64,000 nt of DNA from Auanema rhodensis (GCA_964057225.1 OZ059898.1:2232001-2296000); one strand, 5' to 3'. Counted from the stretch's first letter, positions 1 through 13,000 are shown. Numbers and translations: made by a program. Notes: generated from the sequence alone by a model not told the origin.

Positions 1-27
1 CAATGTAGTATAGTGCATTCGATGCGG

Positions 28-78
28 ATTTTTAAGCTGCGTCGATCTGTGTTATCAGATTTGCGCTAGCTTAAAAAT
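28..78. other. Inverted repeat/hairpin 1 (in every monomer)
   Basis: ATTTTTAAGCT (28-38) is the exact reverse complement of AGCTTAAAAAT (68-78). Inner pairs are GCG/CGC (39-41/64-66) and ATCTG/CAGAT (45-49/56-60). An outer pairing GTGCATT/AATGCAC (13-19/76-82) is also possible. Confidence 0.9.
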
Positions 79-95
79 GCACCGAGATATCAACT

Positions 96-117
96 GATAT
101 AAGTTCACACTTATATC
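96..117. other. Inverted repeat/hairpin 2 (in every monomer)
   Basis: GATATAAGT-tcac-ACTTATATC: perfect 9-bp stem with a 4-nt loop. Flanking CGAG (83-86)/CTCG (118-121) can extend it. Confidence 0.92.
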
Positions 118-219
118 CTCGATTTTCACCCTGAAGATTTAATTTTTTTGTTGAATAACATTGTCCATCGTCTTTGCCTTGAAAAAAGGAATCTAAAAAC
201 ATCTACTTTTTGCTAAATT

Positions 220-254
220 ATTTTGAAATTTTTCGAAAAAATTTTTGTCAAAAT
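220..254. other. AT-rich dyad centred on TTTTTCGAAAAA
   Basis: Perfect 12-bp palindrome at 229-240, flanked by ATTTTGA (220-226)/TCAAAAT (248-254). Confidence 0.8.
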
Positions 255-267
255 GTTTTTGGAAGCA

Positions 268-295
268 ATGTTGAGTGTACATGGAAACTCAACAT
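268..295. other. Inverted repeat/hairpin 3 (in every monomer)
   Basis: ATGTTGAGT (268-276)/ACTCAACAT (287-295): 9-bp stem with a 10-nt loop. A competing pairing AGTGTA (274-279)/TACACT (295-300) exists. Confidence 0.88.
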
Positions 296-3200
296 ACACT
301 AATGCATCATTTTTCAAACGATCATAACTAATTTTTGTATTAAGCGTTTCTCAATGTAGTATAGTGCATTCGATGCGGATTTTTAAGCTGCGTCGATCTG
401 TGTTATCAGATTTGCGCTAGCTTAAAAATGCACCGAGATATCAACTGATATAAGTTCAAACTTATATCCTCGATTTTCACCCTGAAGAATTAATTTTTTT
501 GTTGAATAACATTGTCCATCGTCTTTGCCTTGAAAAAAGGAATCTAAAAACATCTACTTTTTGCTAAATTATTTTGAAATTTTTCGAAAAAATTTTTGTC
601 AAAATGTTTTTGGAAGCAATGTTGAGTGTACATGGAAACTCAACATACACTAATGCATCATTTTTCAAACGATCATAACTAATTTTTGTATTAAGCGTTT
701 CTCAATGTAGTATAGTGCATTCGATGCGGATTTTTAAGCTGCGTCGATCTGTGTTATCAGATTTGCGCTAGCTTAAAAATGCACCGAGATATAAACTGAT
801 ATAAGTTCACACTTATATCCTCGATTTTCACCCAGAAGATTTAATTTTTTCGTTGAATAACATTGTCCATCGTCTTTGCCTTGTAAAATGGAATCTAAAA
901 ACATCTACTTTTTGCTAAATTATTTGGAAATTTTTCGAAAAAATTTTTGTCAAAATGTTTTTGGAAGCAATGTTGAGTGTACATGGAAACTCAACATACA
1001 CTAATGCATCATTTTTCAAACGATCATAACTAATTTTTGTATTAAGCGTTTCTCAATGTAGTATAGTGCATTCGATGCGGATTTTTAAGCTGCGTCGATC
1101 TGTGTTATCAGATTTGCGCTAGCTTAAAAATGCACCGAGATATCAACTGATATAAGTTCAAACTTATATCCTCGATTTTCACCCTGAAGAATTAATTTTT
1201 TTGTTGAATAACATTGTCCATCGTCTTTGCCTTGGAAAAAGGAATCTAAAAACATCTACTTTTTGCTAAATTATTTTGAAATTTTTCGAAAAAATTTTTG
1301 TCAAAATGTTTTTGGAAGCAATGTTGAGTGTACATGGAAACTCAACATACACTAATGCATCATTTTTCAAACGATCATAACTAATTTTTGTATTAAGCGT
1401 TTCTCAATGTAGTATAGTGCATTCGATGCGGATTTTTAAGCTGCGTCGATCTGTGTTATCAGATTTGCGCTAGCTTAAAAATGCACCGAGATATCAACTG
1501 ATATAAGTTCACACTTATATCCTCGATTTTCACCCTGAAGATTTAATTTTTTCGTTGAATAACATTGTCCATCGTCTTTGCCTTGAAAAATGGAATCTAA
1601 AAACATCTACTTTTTGCTAAATTATTTTGAAATTTTTCGAAAAAATTTTTGTCAAAATGTTTTTGGAAGCAATGTTGAGTGTACATGGAAACTCAACATA
1701 CACTAATGCATCATTTTTCAAACGATCATAACTAATTTTTGTATTAAGAGTTTCTCAATGTAGTATAGTGCATTCGATGCGGATTTTTAAGCTGCGTCGA
1801 TCTGTGTTATCAGATTTGCGCTAGCTTAAAAATGCACCGAGATATCAACTGATATAAGTTCACACTTATATCCTCGATTTTCACCCTGAAGATTTAATTT
1901 TTTTGTTGAATAACATTGTCCATCGTCTTTGCCTTGAAAAAAGGAATCTAAAAACATCTACTTTTTGCTAAATTATTTTGAAATTTTTCGAAAAAATTTT
2001 TGTCAAAATGTTTTTGGAAGCAATGTTGAGTGTACATGGAAACTCAACATACACTAATGCATCATTTTTCAAACGATCATAACTAATTTTTGTATTAAGC
2101 GTTTCTCAATGTAGTATAGTGCATTCGATGCGGATTTTTAAGCTGCGTCGATCTGTGTTATCAGATTTGCGCTAGCTTAAAAATGCACCGAGATATAAAC
2201 TGATATAAGTTCACACTTATATCCTCGATTTTCACCCAGAAGATTTAATTTTTTCGTTGAATAACATTGTCCATCGTCTTTGCCTTGTAAAATGGAATCT
2301 AAAAACATCTACTTTTTGCTAAATTATTTTGAAATTTTTCGAAAAAATTTTTGTCAAAATGTTTTTGGAAGCAATGTTGAGTGTACATGGAAACTCAACA
2401 TACACTAATGCATCATTTTTCAAACGATCATAACTAATTTTTGTATTAAGCGTTTCTCAATGTAGTATAGTGCATTCGATGCGGATTTTTAAGCTGCGTC
2501 GATCTGTGTTATCAGATTTGCGCTAGCTTAAAAATGCACCGAGATATCAACTGATATAAGTTCAAACTTATATCCTCGATTTTCACCCTGAAGAATTAAT
2601 TTTTTTGTTGAATAACATTGTCCATCGTCTTTGCCTTGAAAAAAGGAAACTAAAAACATCTACTTTTTGCTAAATTATTTTGAAATTTTTCGAAAAAATT
2701 TTTGTCAAAATGTTTTTGGAAGCAATGTTGAGTGTACATGGAAACTCAACATACACTAATGCATCATTTTTCAAACGATCATAACTAATTTTTGTATTAA
2801 GCGTTTCTCAATGTAGTATAGTGCATTCGATGCGGATTTTTAAGCTGCGTCGATCTGTGTTATCAGATTTGCGCTAGCTTAAAAATGCACCGAGATATAA
2901 ACTGATATAAGTTCACACTTATATCCTCGATTTTCACCCAGAAGATTTAATTTTTTCGTTGAATAACATTGTCCATCGTCTTTGCCTTGTAAAATGGAAT
3001 CTAAAAACATCTACTTTTTGCTAAATTATTTTGAAATTTTTCGAAAAAATTTTTGTCAAAATGTTTTTGGAAGCAATGTTGAGTGTACATGGAAACTCAA
3101 CATACACTAATGCATCATTTTTCAAACGATCATAACTAATTTTTGTATTAAGCGTTTCTCAATGTAGTATAGTGCATTCGATGCGGATTTTTAAGCTGCG

Positions 3201-3861
3201 TCGATCTGTGTTATCAGATTTGCGCTAGCTTAAAAATGCACCGAGATATCAACTGATATAAGTTCACACTTATATCCTCGATTTTCACCCTGAAGATTTA
3301 ATTTTTTCGTTGAATAACATTGTCCATCGTCTTTGCCTTGAAAAATGGAATCTAAAAACATCTACTTTTTGCTAAATTATTTTGAAATTTTTCGAAAAAA
3401 TTTTTGTCAAAATGTTTTTGGAAGCAATGTTGAGTGTACATGGAAACTCAACATACACTAATGCATCATTTTTCAAACGATCATAACTAATTTTTGTATT
3501 AAGAGTTTCTCAATGTAGTATAGTGCATTCGATGCGGATTTTTAAGCTGCGTCGATCTGTGTTATCAGATTTGCGCTAGCTTAAAAATGCACCGTGATAT
3601 CAACTGATATAAGTTCACACTTATATCCTCGATTTTCACCCTGAAGAATTAATTTTTTCGTTGAATAACATTGTCCATCGTCTTTGCCTTGAAAAATGGA
3701 ATCTAAAAACATCTACTTTTTGCTAAATTATTTTGAAATTTTTCGAAAAAATTTTTGTCAAAATGTTTTTGGAAGCAATGTTGAGTGTACATGGAAACTC
3801 AACATACACTAATGCATCATTTTTCAAACGATCATAACTAATTTTTGTATTAAGCGTTTCT

Positions 3862-6800
3862 CAATGTAGTATAGTGCATTCGATGCGGATTTTTAAGCTG
3901 CGTCGATCTGTGTTATCAGATTTGCGCTAGCTTAAAAATGCACCGAGATATCAACTGATATAAGTTCAAACTTATATCCTCGATTTTCACCCTGAAGAAT
4001 TAATTTTTTTGTTGAATAACATTGTCCATCGTCTTTGCCTTGAAAAAAGGAATCTAAAAACATCTACTTTTTGCTAAATTATTTTGAAATTTTCTGAAAA
4101 AATTTTTGTCAAAATGTTTTTGGAAGCAATGTTGAGTGTACATGGAAACTCAACATACACTAATGCATCATTTTTCAAACGATCATAACTAATTTTTGTA
4201 TTAAGCGTTTCTCAATGTAGTATAGTGCATTCGATGCGGATTTTTAAGCTGCGTCGATCTGTGTTATCAGATTTGCGCTAGCTTAAAAATGCACCGAGAT
4301 ATCAACTGATATAAGTTCACACTTATATCCTCGATTTTCACCCTGAAGATTTAATTTTTTCGTTGAATAACATTGTCCATCGTCTTTGCCTTGAAAAATG
4401 GAATCTAAAAACATCTACTTTTTGCTAAATTTTTTTGAAATTTTTCGAAAAAATTTTTGTCAAAATGTTTTTGGAAGCAATGTTGAGTGTACATGGAAAC
4501 TCAACATACACTAATGCATCATTTTTCAAACGATCATAACTAATTTTTGTATTAAGCGTTTTTCAATGTAGTATAGTGCATTCGATGCGGATTTTTAAGC
4601 TGCGTCGATCTGTGTTATCAGATTTGCGCTAGCTTAAAAATGCACCGAGATATCAACTGATATAAGTTCACACTTATATCCTCGATTTTCACCCTGAAGA
4701 ATTAATTTTTTTGTTGAATAACATTGTCCATCGTCTTTGCCTTGAAAAAAGGAATCTAAAAACATCTACTTTTTGCTAAATTATTTTGAAATTTTTCGAA
4801 AAAATTTTTGTCAAAATGTTTTTGGAAGCAATGTTGAGTGTACATGGAAACTCAACATACACTAATGCATCATTTTTCAAACGATCATAACTTATTTTTG
4901 TATTAAGCGTTTCTCAATGTATTATAGTGCATTCGATGCGGATTTTTAAGCTGCGTCGATCTGTGTTATCAGATTTGCGCTAGCTTAAAAATGCACCGTG
5001 AAATCAACTGATATAAGTTCACACTTATATCCTCGATTTTCACCCTGAAGAATTAATGTTTTCGTTGAATAACATTGTCAATCGTCTTTGCCTTGAAAAA
5101 AGGAATCTAAAAACATCTACTTTTTGCTAAATTATTTTGAAATTTTTCGAAAAAATTTTTGTCAAAATGTTTTTGGAAGCAATGTTGAGTGTACATGGAA
5201 ACTCAACATACACTAATGCATCATTTTTCAAACGATCATAACTAATTTTTGTATTAAGCGTTTCTCAATGTAGTATAGTGCATTCGATGCGGATTTTTAA
5301 GCTGCGTCGATCTGTGTTATCAGATTTGCGCTAGCTTAAAAATGCACCGAGATATCAACTGATATAAGTTCAAACTTATATCCTCGATTTTCACCCTGAA
5401 GAATTAATTTTTTTGTTGAATAACATTGTCCATCGTCTTTGCCTTGAAAAAAGGAATCTAAAAACATCTACTTTTTGCTAAATTATTTTGAAATTTTCTG
5501 AAAAAATTTTTGTCAAAATGTTTTTGGAAGCAATGTTGAGTGTACATGGAAACTCAACATACACTAATGCATCATTTTTCAAACGATCATAACTAATTTT
5601 TGTATTAAGCGTTTCTCAATGTAGTATAGTGCATTCGATGCGGATTTTTAAGCTGCGTCGATCTGTGTTATCAGATTTGCGCTAGCTTAAAAATGCACCG
5701 AGATATCAACTGATATAAGTTCACACTTATATCCTCGATTTTCACCCTGAAGATTTAATTTTTTCGTTGAATAACATTGTCCATCGTCTTTGCCTTGAAA
5801 AATGGAATCTAAAAACATCTACTTTTTGCTAAATTTTTTTGAAATTTTTCGAAAAAATTTTTGTCAAAATGTTTTTGGAAGCAATGTTGAGTGTACATGG
5901 AAACTCAACATACACTAATGCATCATTTTTCAAACGATCATAACTAATTTTTGTATTAAGCGTTTTTCAATGTAGTATAGTGCATTCGATGCGGATTTTT
6001 AAGCTGCGTCGATCTGTGTTATCAGATTTGCGCTAGCTTAAAAATGCACCGAGATATCAACTGATATAAGTTCACACTTATATCCTCGATTTTCACCCTG
6101 AAGATTTAATTTTTTCGTTGAATAACATTGTCCATCGTCTTTGCCTTGAAAAATGGAATCTAAAAACATCTACTTTTTGCTAAATTTTTTTGAAATTTTT
6201 CGAAAAAATTTTTGTCAAAATGTTTTTGGAAGCAATGTTGAGTGTACATGGAAACTCAACATACACTAATGCATCATTTTTCAAACGATCATAACTAATT
6301 TTTGTATTAAGCGTTTTTCAATGTAGTATAGTGCATTCGATGCGGATTTTTAAGCTGCGTCGATCTGTGTTATCAGATTTGCGCTAGCTTAAAAATGCAC
6401 CGAGATATCAACTGATATAAGTTCACACTTATATCCTCGATTTTCACCCTGAAGAATTAATTTTTTTGTTGAATAACATTGTCCATCGTCTTTGCCTTGA
6501 AAAAAGGAATCTAAAAACATCTACTTTTTGCTAAATTATTTTGAAATTTTTCGAAAAAATTTTTGTCAAAATGTTTTTGGAAGCAATGTTGAGTGTACAT
6601 GGAAACTCAACATACACTAATGCATCATTTTTCAAACGATCATAACTTATTTTTGTATTAAGCGTTTCTCAATGTATTATAGTGCATTCGATGCGGATTT
6701 TTAAGCTGCGTCGATCTGTGTTATCAGATTTGCGCTAGCTTAAAAATGCACCGTGAAATCAACTGATATAAGTTCACACTTATATCCTCGATTTTCACCC

Positions 6801-7020
6801 TGAAGAATTAATGTTTTCGTTGAATAACATTGTCAATCGTCTTTGCCTTGAAAAAAGGAATCTAAAAACATCTACTTTTTGCTAAATTATTTTGAAATTT
6901 TTCGAAAAAATTTTTGTCAAAATGTTTTTGGAAGCAATGTTGAGTGTACATGGAAACTCAACATACACTAATGCATCATTTTTCAAACGATCATAACTAA
7001 TTTTTGTATTAAGCGTTTCT
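3862..7020. repeat. Higher-order duplication: copies 12-15 repeated as copies 16-20 (4-mer, with one monomer re-duplicated)
   Basis: The same private-variant order occurs twice: [C108A+TCTG], [A138T+A187T+A220T+C350T], [A330T], [G8T+A85T+T88A+T144G+C166A]. The second type is doubled (copies 17 and 18). Confidence 0.9.
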
Positions 7021-10000
7021 CAATGTAGTATAGTGCATTCGATGCGGATTTTTAAGCTGCGTCGATCTGTGTTATCAGATTTGCGCTAGCTTAAAAATGC
7101 ACCGAGATATCAACTGATATAAGTTCACACTTATATCCTCGTTTTTCACCCTGAAGAATTAATTTTTTCGTTGAATAACATTGTCCATCGTCTTTGCCTT
7201 GAAAAAAGGAATCTAAAAACATCTACTTTTTGCTAAATTATTTTGAAATTTTTCGAAAAAATTTTTGTCAAAATGTTTTTGGAAGCAATGTTGAGTGTAC
7301 ATGGAAACTCAACATACACTAATGCATCATTTTTCAAACGATCATAACTAATTTTTGTATTAAGCGTTTCTCAATGTAGTATAGTGCATTCGATGCGGAT
7401 TTTTAAGCTGCGTCGATCTGTGTTATCAGATTTGCGCTAGCTTAAAAATGCACCGAGATATCAACTGATATAAGTTCACACTTATATCCTCGATTTTCAC
7501 CCTGTAGAATTAATTTTTTCGTTGAATAACATTGTCCATCGTCTTTGCCTTGAAAAAAGGAATCTATAAACATCTACTTTTTGCTAAATTATTTTGAAAT
7601 TTTTCGAAAAAATTTTTGTCAAAATGTTTTTGGAAGCAATGTTGAGTGTACATGGAAACTCAACATACACTAATGCATCATTTTTCAAACGATCATAACT
7701 AATTTTTGTATTAAGCGTTTCTCAATGTAGTATAGTGCATTCGATGCGGATTTTTAAGCTGCGTCGATCTGTGTTATCAGATTTGCGCTAGCTTAAAAAT
7801 GCACCGAGATATCAACTGATATAAGTTCACACTTATATCCTCGATTTTGACCCTGAAGAATTAATTTTTTCGTTGAATAACATTGTCCATCGTCTTTGCC
7901 TTGAAAAAAGGAATCTAAAAACATCTACTTTTTGCTAAATTATTTTGAAATTTTTCGAAAAAATTTTTGTCAAAATGTTTTTGGAAGCAATGTTGAGTGT
8001 ACATGGAAACTCAACATACACTAATGCATCATTTTTCAAACGATCATAACTAATTTTTGTATTAAGCGTTTCTCAATGTAGTATAGTGCATTCGATGCGG
8101 ATTTTTAAGCTGCGTCGATTTGTGTTATCAGATTTGCGCTAGCTTAAAAATGCACCGAGATATCAACTGATATAAGTTCACACTTATATCCTCGATTTTC
8201 ACCCTGAAGAATTAATTTTTTCGTTGAATAACATTGTCCATCGTCTTTGCCTTGAAAAAAGGAATCTAAAAACATCTACTTTTTGCTAAATTATTTTGAA
8301 ATTTTTCGAAAAAAGTTTTGTCAAAATGTTTTTGGAAGCAATGTTGAGTGTACATGGAAACTCAACATACACTAATGCATCATTTTTCAAACGATCATAA
8401 CTAATTTTTGTATTAAGCGTTTCTCAATGTATTATAGTGCATTCGATGCGGATTTTTAAGCTGCGTCGATCTGTGTTATCAGATTTGCGCTAGCTTAAAA
8501 ATGCACCGTGAAATCAACTGATATAAGTTCACACTTATATCCTCGATTTTCACCCTGAAGAATTAATGTTTTCGTTGAATAACATTGTCCATCGTCTTTG
8601 CCTTGAAAAAAGGAATCTAAAAACATCTACTTTTTGCTAAATTATTTTGAAATTTTTCGAAAAAATTTTTGTCAAAATGTTTTTGGAAGCAATGTTGAGT
8701 GTACATGGAAACTCAACATACACTAATGCATCATTTTTCAAACGATCATAACTAATTTTTGTATTAAGCGTTTCTCAATGTAGTATAGTGCATTCGATGC
8801 GGATTTTTAAGCTGCGTCGATCTGTGTTATCAGATTTGCGCTAGCTTAAAAATGCACCGAGATATCAACTGATATAAGTTCACACTTATATCCTCGATTT
8901 TCACCCTGAAGAATTAATTTTTTCGTTGAATAACATTGTCCATCGTCTTTGCCTTGAAAAAAGGAATCTAAAAACATCTACTTTTTGCTAAATTATTTTG
9001 AAATTTTCTGAAAAAATTTTTGTCAAAATGTTTTTGGAAGCAATGTTGAGTGTACATGGAAACTCAACATACACTAATGCATCATTTTTCAAACGATCAT
9101 AACTAATTTTTGTATTAAGCGTTTCTCAATGTTGTATAGTGCATTCGATGCGGATTTTTAAGCTGCGTCGATCTGTGTTATCAGATTTGCGCTAGCTTAA
9201 AAATGCACCGAGATATCAACTGATATAAGTTCACACTTATATCCTCGATTTTCACCCTGAAGAATTAATTTTTTCGTTGAATAACATTGTCCATCGTCTT
9301 TGCCTTGAAAAAAGGAATCTAAAAACATCTACTTTTTGCTAAATTATTTTGAAATTTTCTGAAAAAATTTTTGTCAAAATGTTTTTGGAAGCAATGTTGA
9401 GTGTACATGGAAACTCAACATACACTAATGCATCATTTTTCAAACGATCATAACTAATTTTTGTATTAAGCGTTTCTCAATGTAGTATAGTGCGTTCGAT
9501 GCGGATTTTTAAGCTGCGTCGATCTGTGTTATCAGATTTGCGCTAGCTTAAAAATGCACCGAGATATCAACTGATATAAGTTCACACTTATATCCTCGAT
9601 TTTCACCCTGAAGAATTAATTTTTTTGTTGAATAACATTGTCCATCGTCTTTGCCTTGAAAAAAGGAATCTAAAAACATCTACTTTTTGCTAAATTATTT
9701 TGAAATTTTTCGAAAAAATTTTTGTCAAAATGTTTTTGGAAGCAATGTTGAGTGTACATGGAAACTCAACATACACTAATGCATCATTTTTCAAACGATC
9801 ATAACTAATTTTTGTATTAAGCGTTTCTCAATGTAGTATAGTGCATTCAATGCGGATTTTTAAGCTGCGTCGATCTGTGTTATCAGATTTGCGCTAGCTT
9901 AAAAATGCACCGAGATATCAACTGATATAAGTTCACACTTATATCCTCGATTTTCACCTTGAAGAATTAATTTTTTTGTTGAATAACATTGTCCATCGTC

Positions 10001-13000
10001 TTTGCCTTGAAAAAAGGAATCTAAAAACATCTACTTTTTGCTAAATTATTTTGAAATTTTTCGAAAAAATTTTTGTCAAAATGTTTTTGGAAGCAATGTT
10101 GAGTGTACATGGAAACTCAACATACACTAATGCATCATTTTTCAAACGATCATAACTAATTTTTGTATTAAGCGTTTCTCAATGTAGTATAGTGCATTCG
10201 ATGCGGATTTTTAAGCTGCGTCGATCTGTGTTATCAGATTTGCGCTAGCTTAAAAATGCACCGAGATATCAACTGATATAAGTTCACACTTATATCCTCG
10301 ATTTTCACCCTGAAGAATTAATTTTTTCGTTGAATAACATTGTCCATCGTCTTTGCCTTGGAAAAAGGAATCTAAAAACATCTACTTTTTGCTAAATTAT
10401 TTTGAAATTTTCTAAAAAAATTTTTGTCAAAATGTTTTTGGAAGCAATGTTGAGTGTACATGGAAACTCAACATACACTAATGCATCATTTTTCAAACGA
10501 TCATAACTAATTTTTGTATTAAGCGTTTCTCAATGTAGTATAGTGCATTCGATGCGGATTTTTAAGCTGCGTCGATCTGTGTTATCAGATTTGCGCTAGC
10601 TTAAAAATGCACCGAGATATCAACTGATATAAGTTCACACTTATATCCTCGATTTTCACCCTGAAGAATTAATTTTTTCGTTGAATAACATTGTCCATCG
10701 TCTTTGCCTTGAAAAAAGGAATCTAAAAACATCTACTTTTTGCTAAATTATTTTGAAATTTTCTGAAAAAATTTTTGTCAAAATGTTTTTGGAAGCAATG
10801 TTGAGTGTACATGGAAACTCAACATACACTAATGCATCATTTTTCAAACGATCATAACTAATTTTTGTATTAAGCGTTTCTCAATGTAGTATAGTGCATT
10901 CGATGCGGATTTTTAAGCTGCGTCGATCTGTGTTATCAGATTTGCGCTAGCTTAAAAATGCACCGAGATATCAACTGATATAAGTTCACACTTATATCCT
11001 CGATTTTCACCCTGAAGAATTAATTTTTTTGTTGAATAACATTGTCCATCGTCTTTGCCTTGAAAAAAGGAATCTAAAAACATCTACTTTTTGCTAAATT
11101 ATTTTGAAATTTTTCGAAAAAATTTTTGTCAAAATGTTTTTGGAAGCAATGTTGAGTGTACATGGAAACTCAACATACACTAATGCATCATTTTTCAAAC
11201 GATCATAACTAATTTTTGTATTAAGCGTTTCTCAATGTAGTATAGTGCATTCGATGCGGATTTTTAAGCTGCGTCGATCTGTGTTATCAGATTTGCGCTA
11301 GCTTAAAAATGCACCGAGATATCAACTGATATAAGTTCACACTTATATCCTCGATTTTCACCCTGAAGAATTAATTTTTTCGTTGAATAACATTGTCCAT
11401 CGTCTTTGCCTTGAAAAAAGGAATCTAAAAACATCTACTTTTCGCTAAATTATTTTGAAATTTTTCGAAAAAATTTTTGTCAAAATGTTTTTGGAAGCAA
11501 TGTTGAGTGTACATGGAAACTCAACATACACTAATGCATCATTTTTCAAACGATCATAACTAATTTTTGTATTAAGCGTTTCTCAATGTAGTATAGTGCA
11601 TTCGATGCGGATTTTTAAGCTGCGTCGATCTGTGTTATCAGATTTGCGCTAGCTTAAAAATGCACCGAGATATCAACTGATATAAGTTCACACTTATATC
11701 CTCGATTTTCACCCTGAAGAATTAATTTTTTCGTTGAATAACATTGTCCATCGTCTTTGCCTTGAAAAAAGGAATCTAAAAACATCTACTTTTTGCTAAA
11801 TTATTTTGAAATTTTTTGAAAAAATTTTTGTCAAAATGTTTTTGGAAGCAATGTTGAGTGTACATGGAAACTCAACATACACTAATGCATCATTTTTCAA
11901 ACGATCATAACTAATTTTTGTATTAAGCGTTTCTCAATGTAGTATAGTGCATTCGATGCGGATTTTTAAGCTGCGTCGATCTGTGTTATCAGATTTGCGC
12001 TAGCTTAAAAATGCACCGAGATATCAACTGATATAAGTTCACACTTATATCCTCGATTTTCACCCTGAAGAATTAATTTTTTTGTTGAATAGTATTGTCC
12101 ATCGTCTTTGCCTTGAAAAAAGGAATCTAAAAACATCTACTTTTTGCTAAATTATTTTGAAATTTTTCGAAAAAATTTTTGTCAAAATGTTTTTGGAAGC
12201 AATGTTGAGTGTACATGGAAACTCAACATACACTAATGCATCATTTTTCAAACGATCATAACTAATTTTTGTATTAAGCGTTTCTCAATGTCGTATAGTG
12301 CATTCGATGCGGATTTTTAAGCTGCGTCGATCTGTGTTATCAGATTTGCGCTAGCTTAAAAATGCACCGAGATATCAACTGATATAAGTTCACACTTATA
12401 TCCTCGATTTTCACCCTGAAGAATTAATTTTTTCGTTGAATAACATTGTCCATCGTCTTTGCCTTGAAAAAAGGAATCTAAAAACATCTACTTTATGCTA
12501 AATTATTTTGAAATTTTTCGAAAAAATTTTTGTCAAAATGTTTTTGGAAGCAATGTTGAGTGTACATGGAAACTCAACATACACTAATGCATCATTTTTC
12601 AAACGATCATAACTAATTTTTGTATTAAGCGTTTCTCAATGTAGTATAGTGCATTCGATGCGGATTTTTAAGCTGCGTCGATCTGTGTTATCAGATTTGC
12701 GCTAGCTTAAAAATGCACCGAGATATCAACTGATATAAGTTCACACTTATATCCGCGATTTTCACCCTGAAGAATTAATTTTTTTGTTGAATAACATTGT
12801 CCATCGTCTTTGCCTTGAAAAAAGGAATCTAAAAACATCTACTTTTTGCTAAATTATTTTGAAATTTTTCGAAAAAATTTTTGTCAAAATGTTTTTGGAA
12901 GCAATGTTGAGTGTACATGGAAACTCAACATACACTAATGCATCATTTTTCAAACGATCATAACTAATTTTTGTATTAAGCGTTTCTCAATGTAGTATAG

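Larger units (their letters stand above)
1..351. repeat. Representative 351-bp monomer (register arbitrary)
   Basis: 109/351 G+C (~31%) by hand count, many A4-7/T4-7 tracts, several internal inverted repeats. Copies are about 98-100% identical. Confidence 0.98.

Noticed and set aside
96-126. Rho-independent terminator or bacterial promoter motifs
   Set aside because: The stems are AT-rich with no gene context, and the architecture is that of eukaryotic satellite DNA.
1-351. Tandem 5S rRNA, tRNA, snRNA or spliced-leader gene array
   Set aside because: I recognise no conserved 5S, tRNA cloverleaf, snRNA or leader sequence. An Rfam cmscan would settle it.
1-351. Assignment to a named satellite family, or an internal 175-bp dimer structure
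   Set aside because: The length resembles several ~350-360 bp insect satellites but I cannot match the sequence to one, and the two halves show no obvious similarity by eye.
848-864. CENP-B box-like TTTCGTTGAATAACATT
   Set aside because: It matches the TTCG....A half but lacks the essential CGGG, and many copies have T149, which destroys TTCG.
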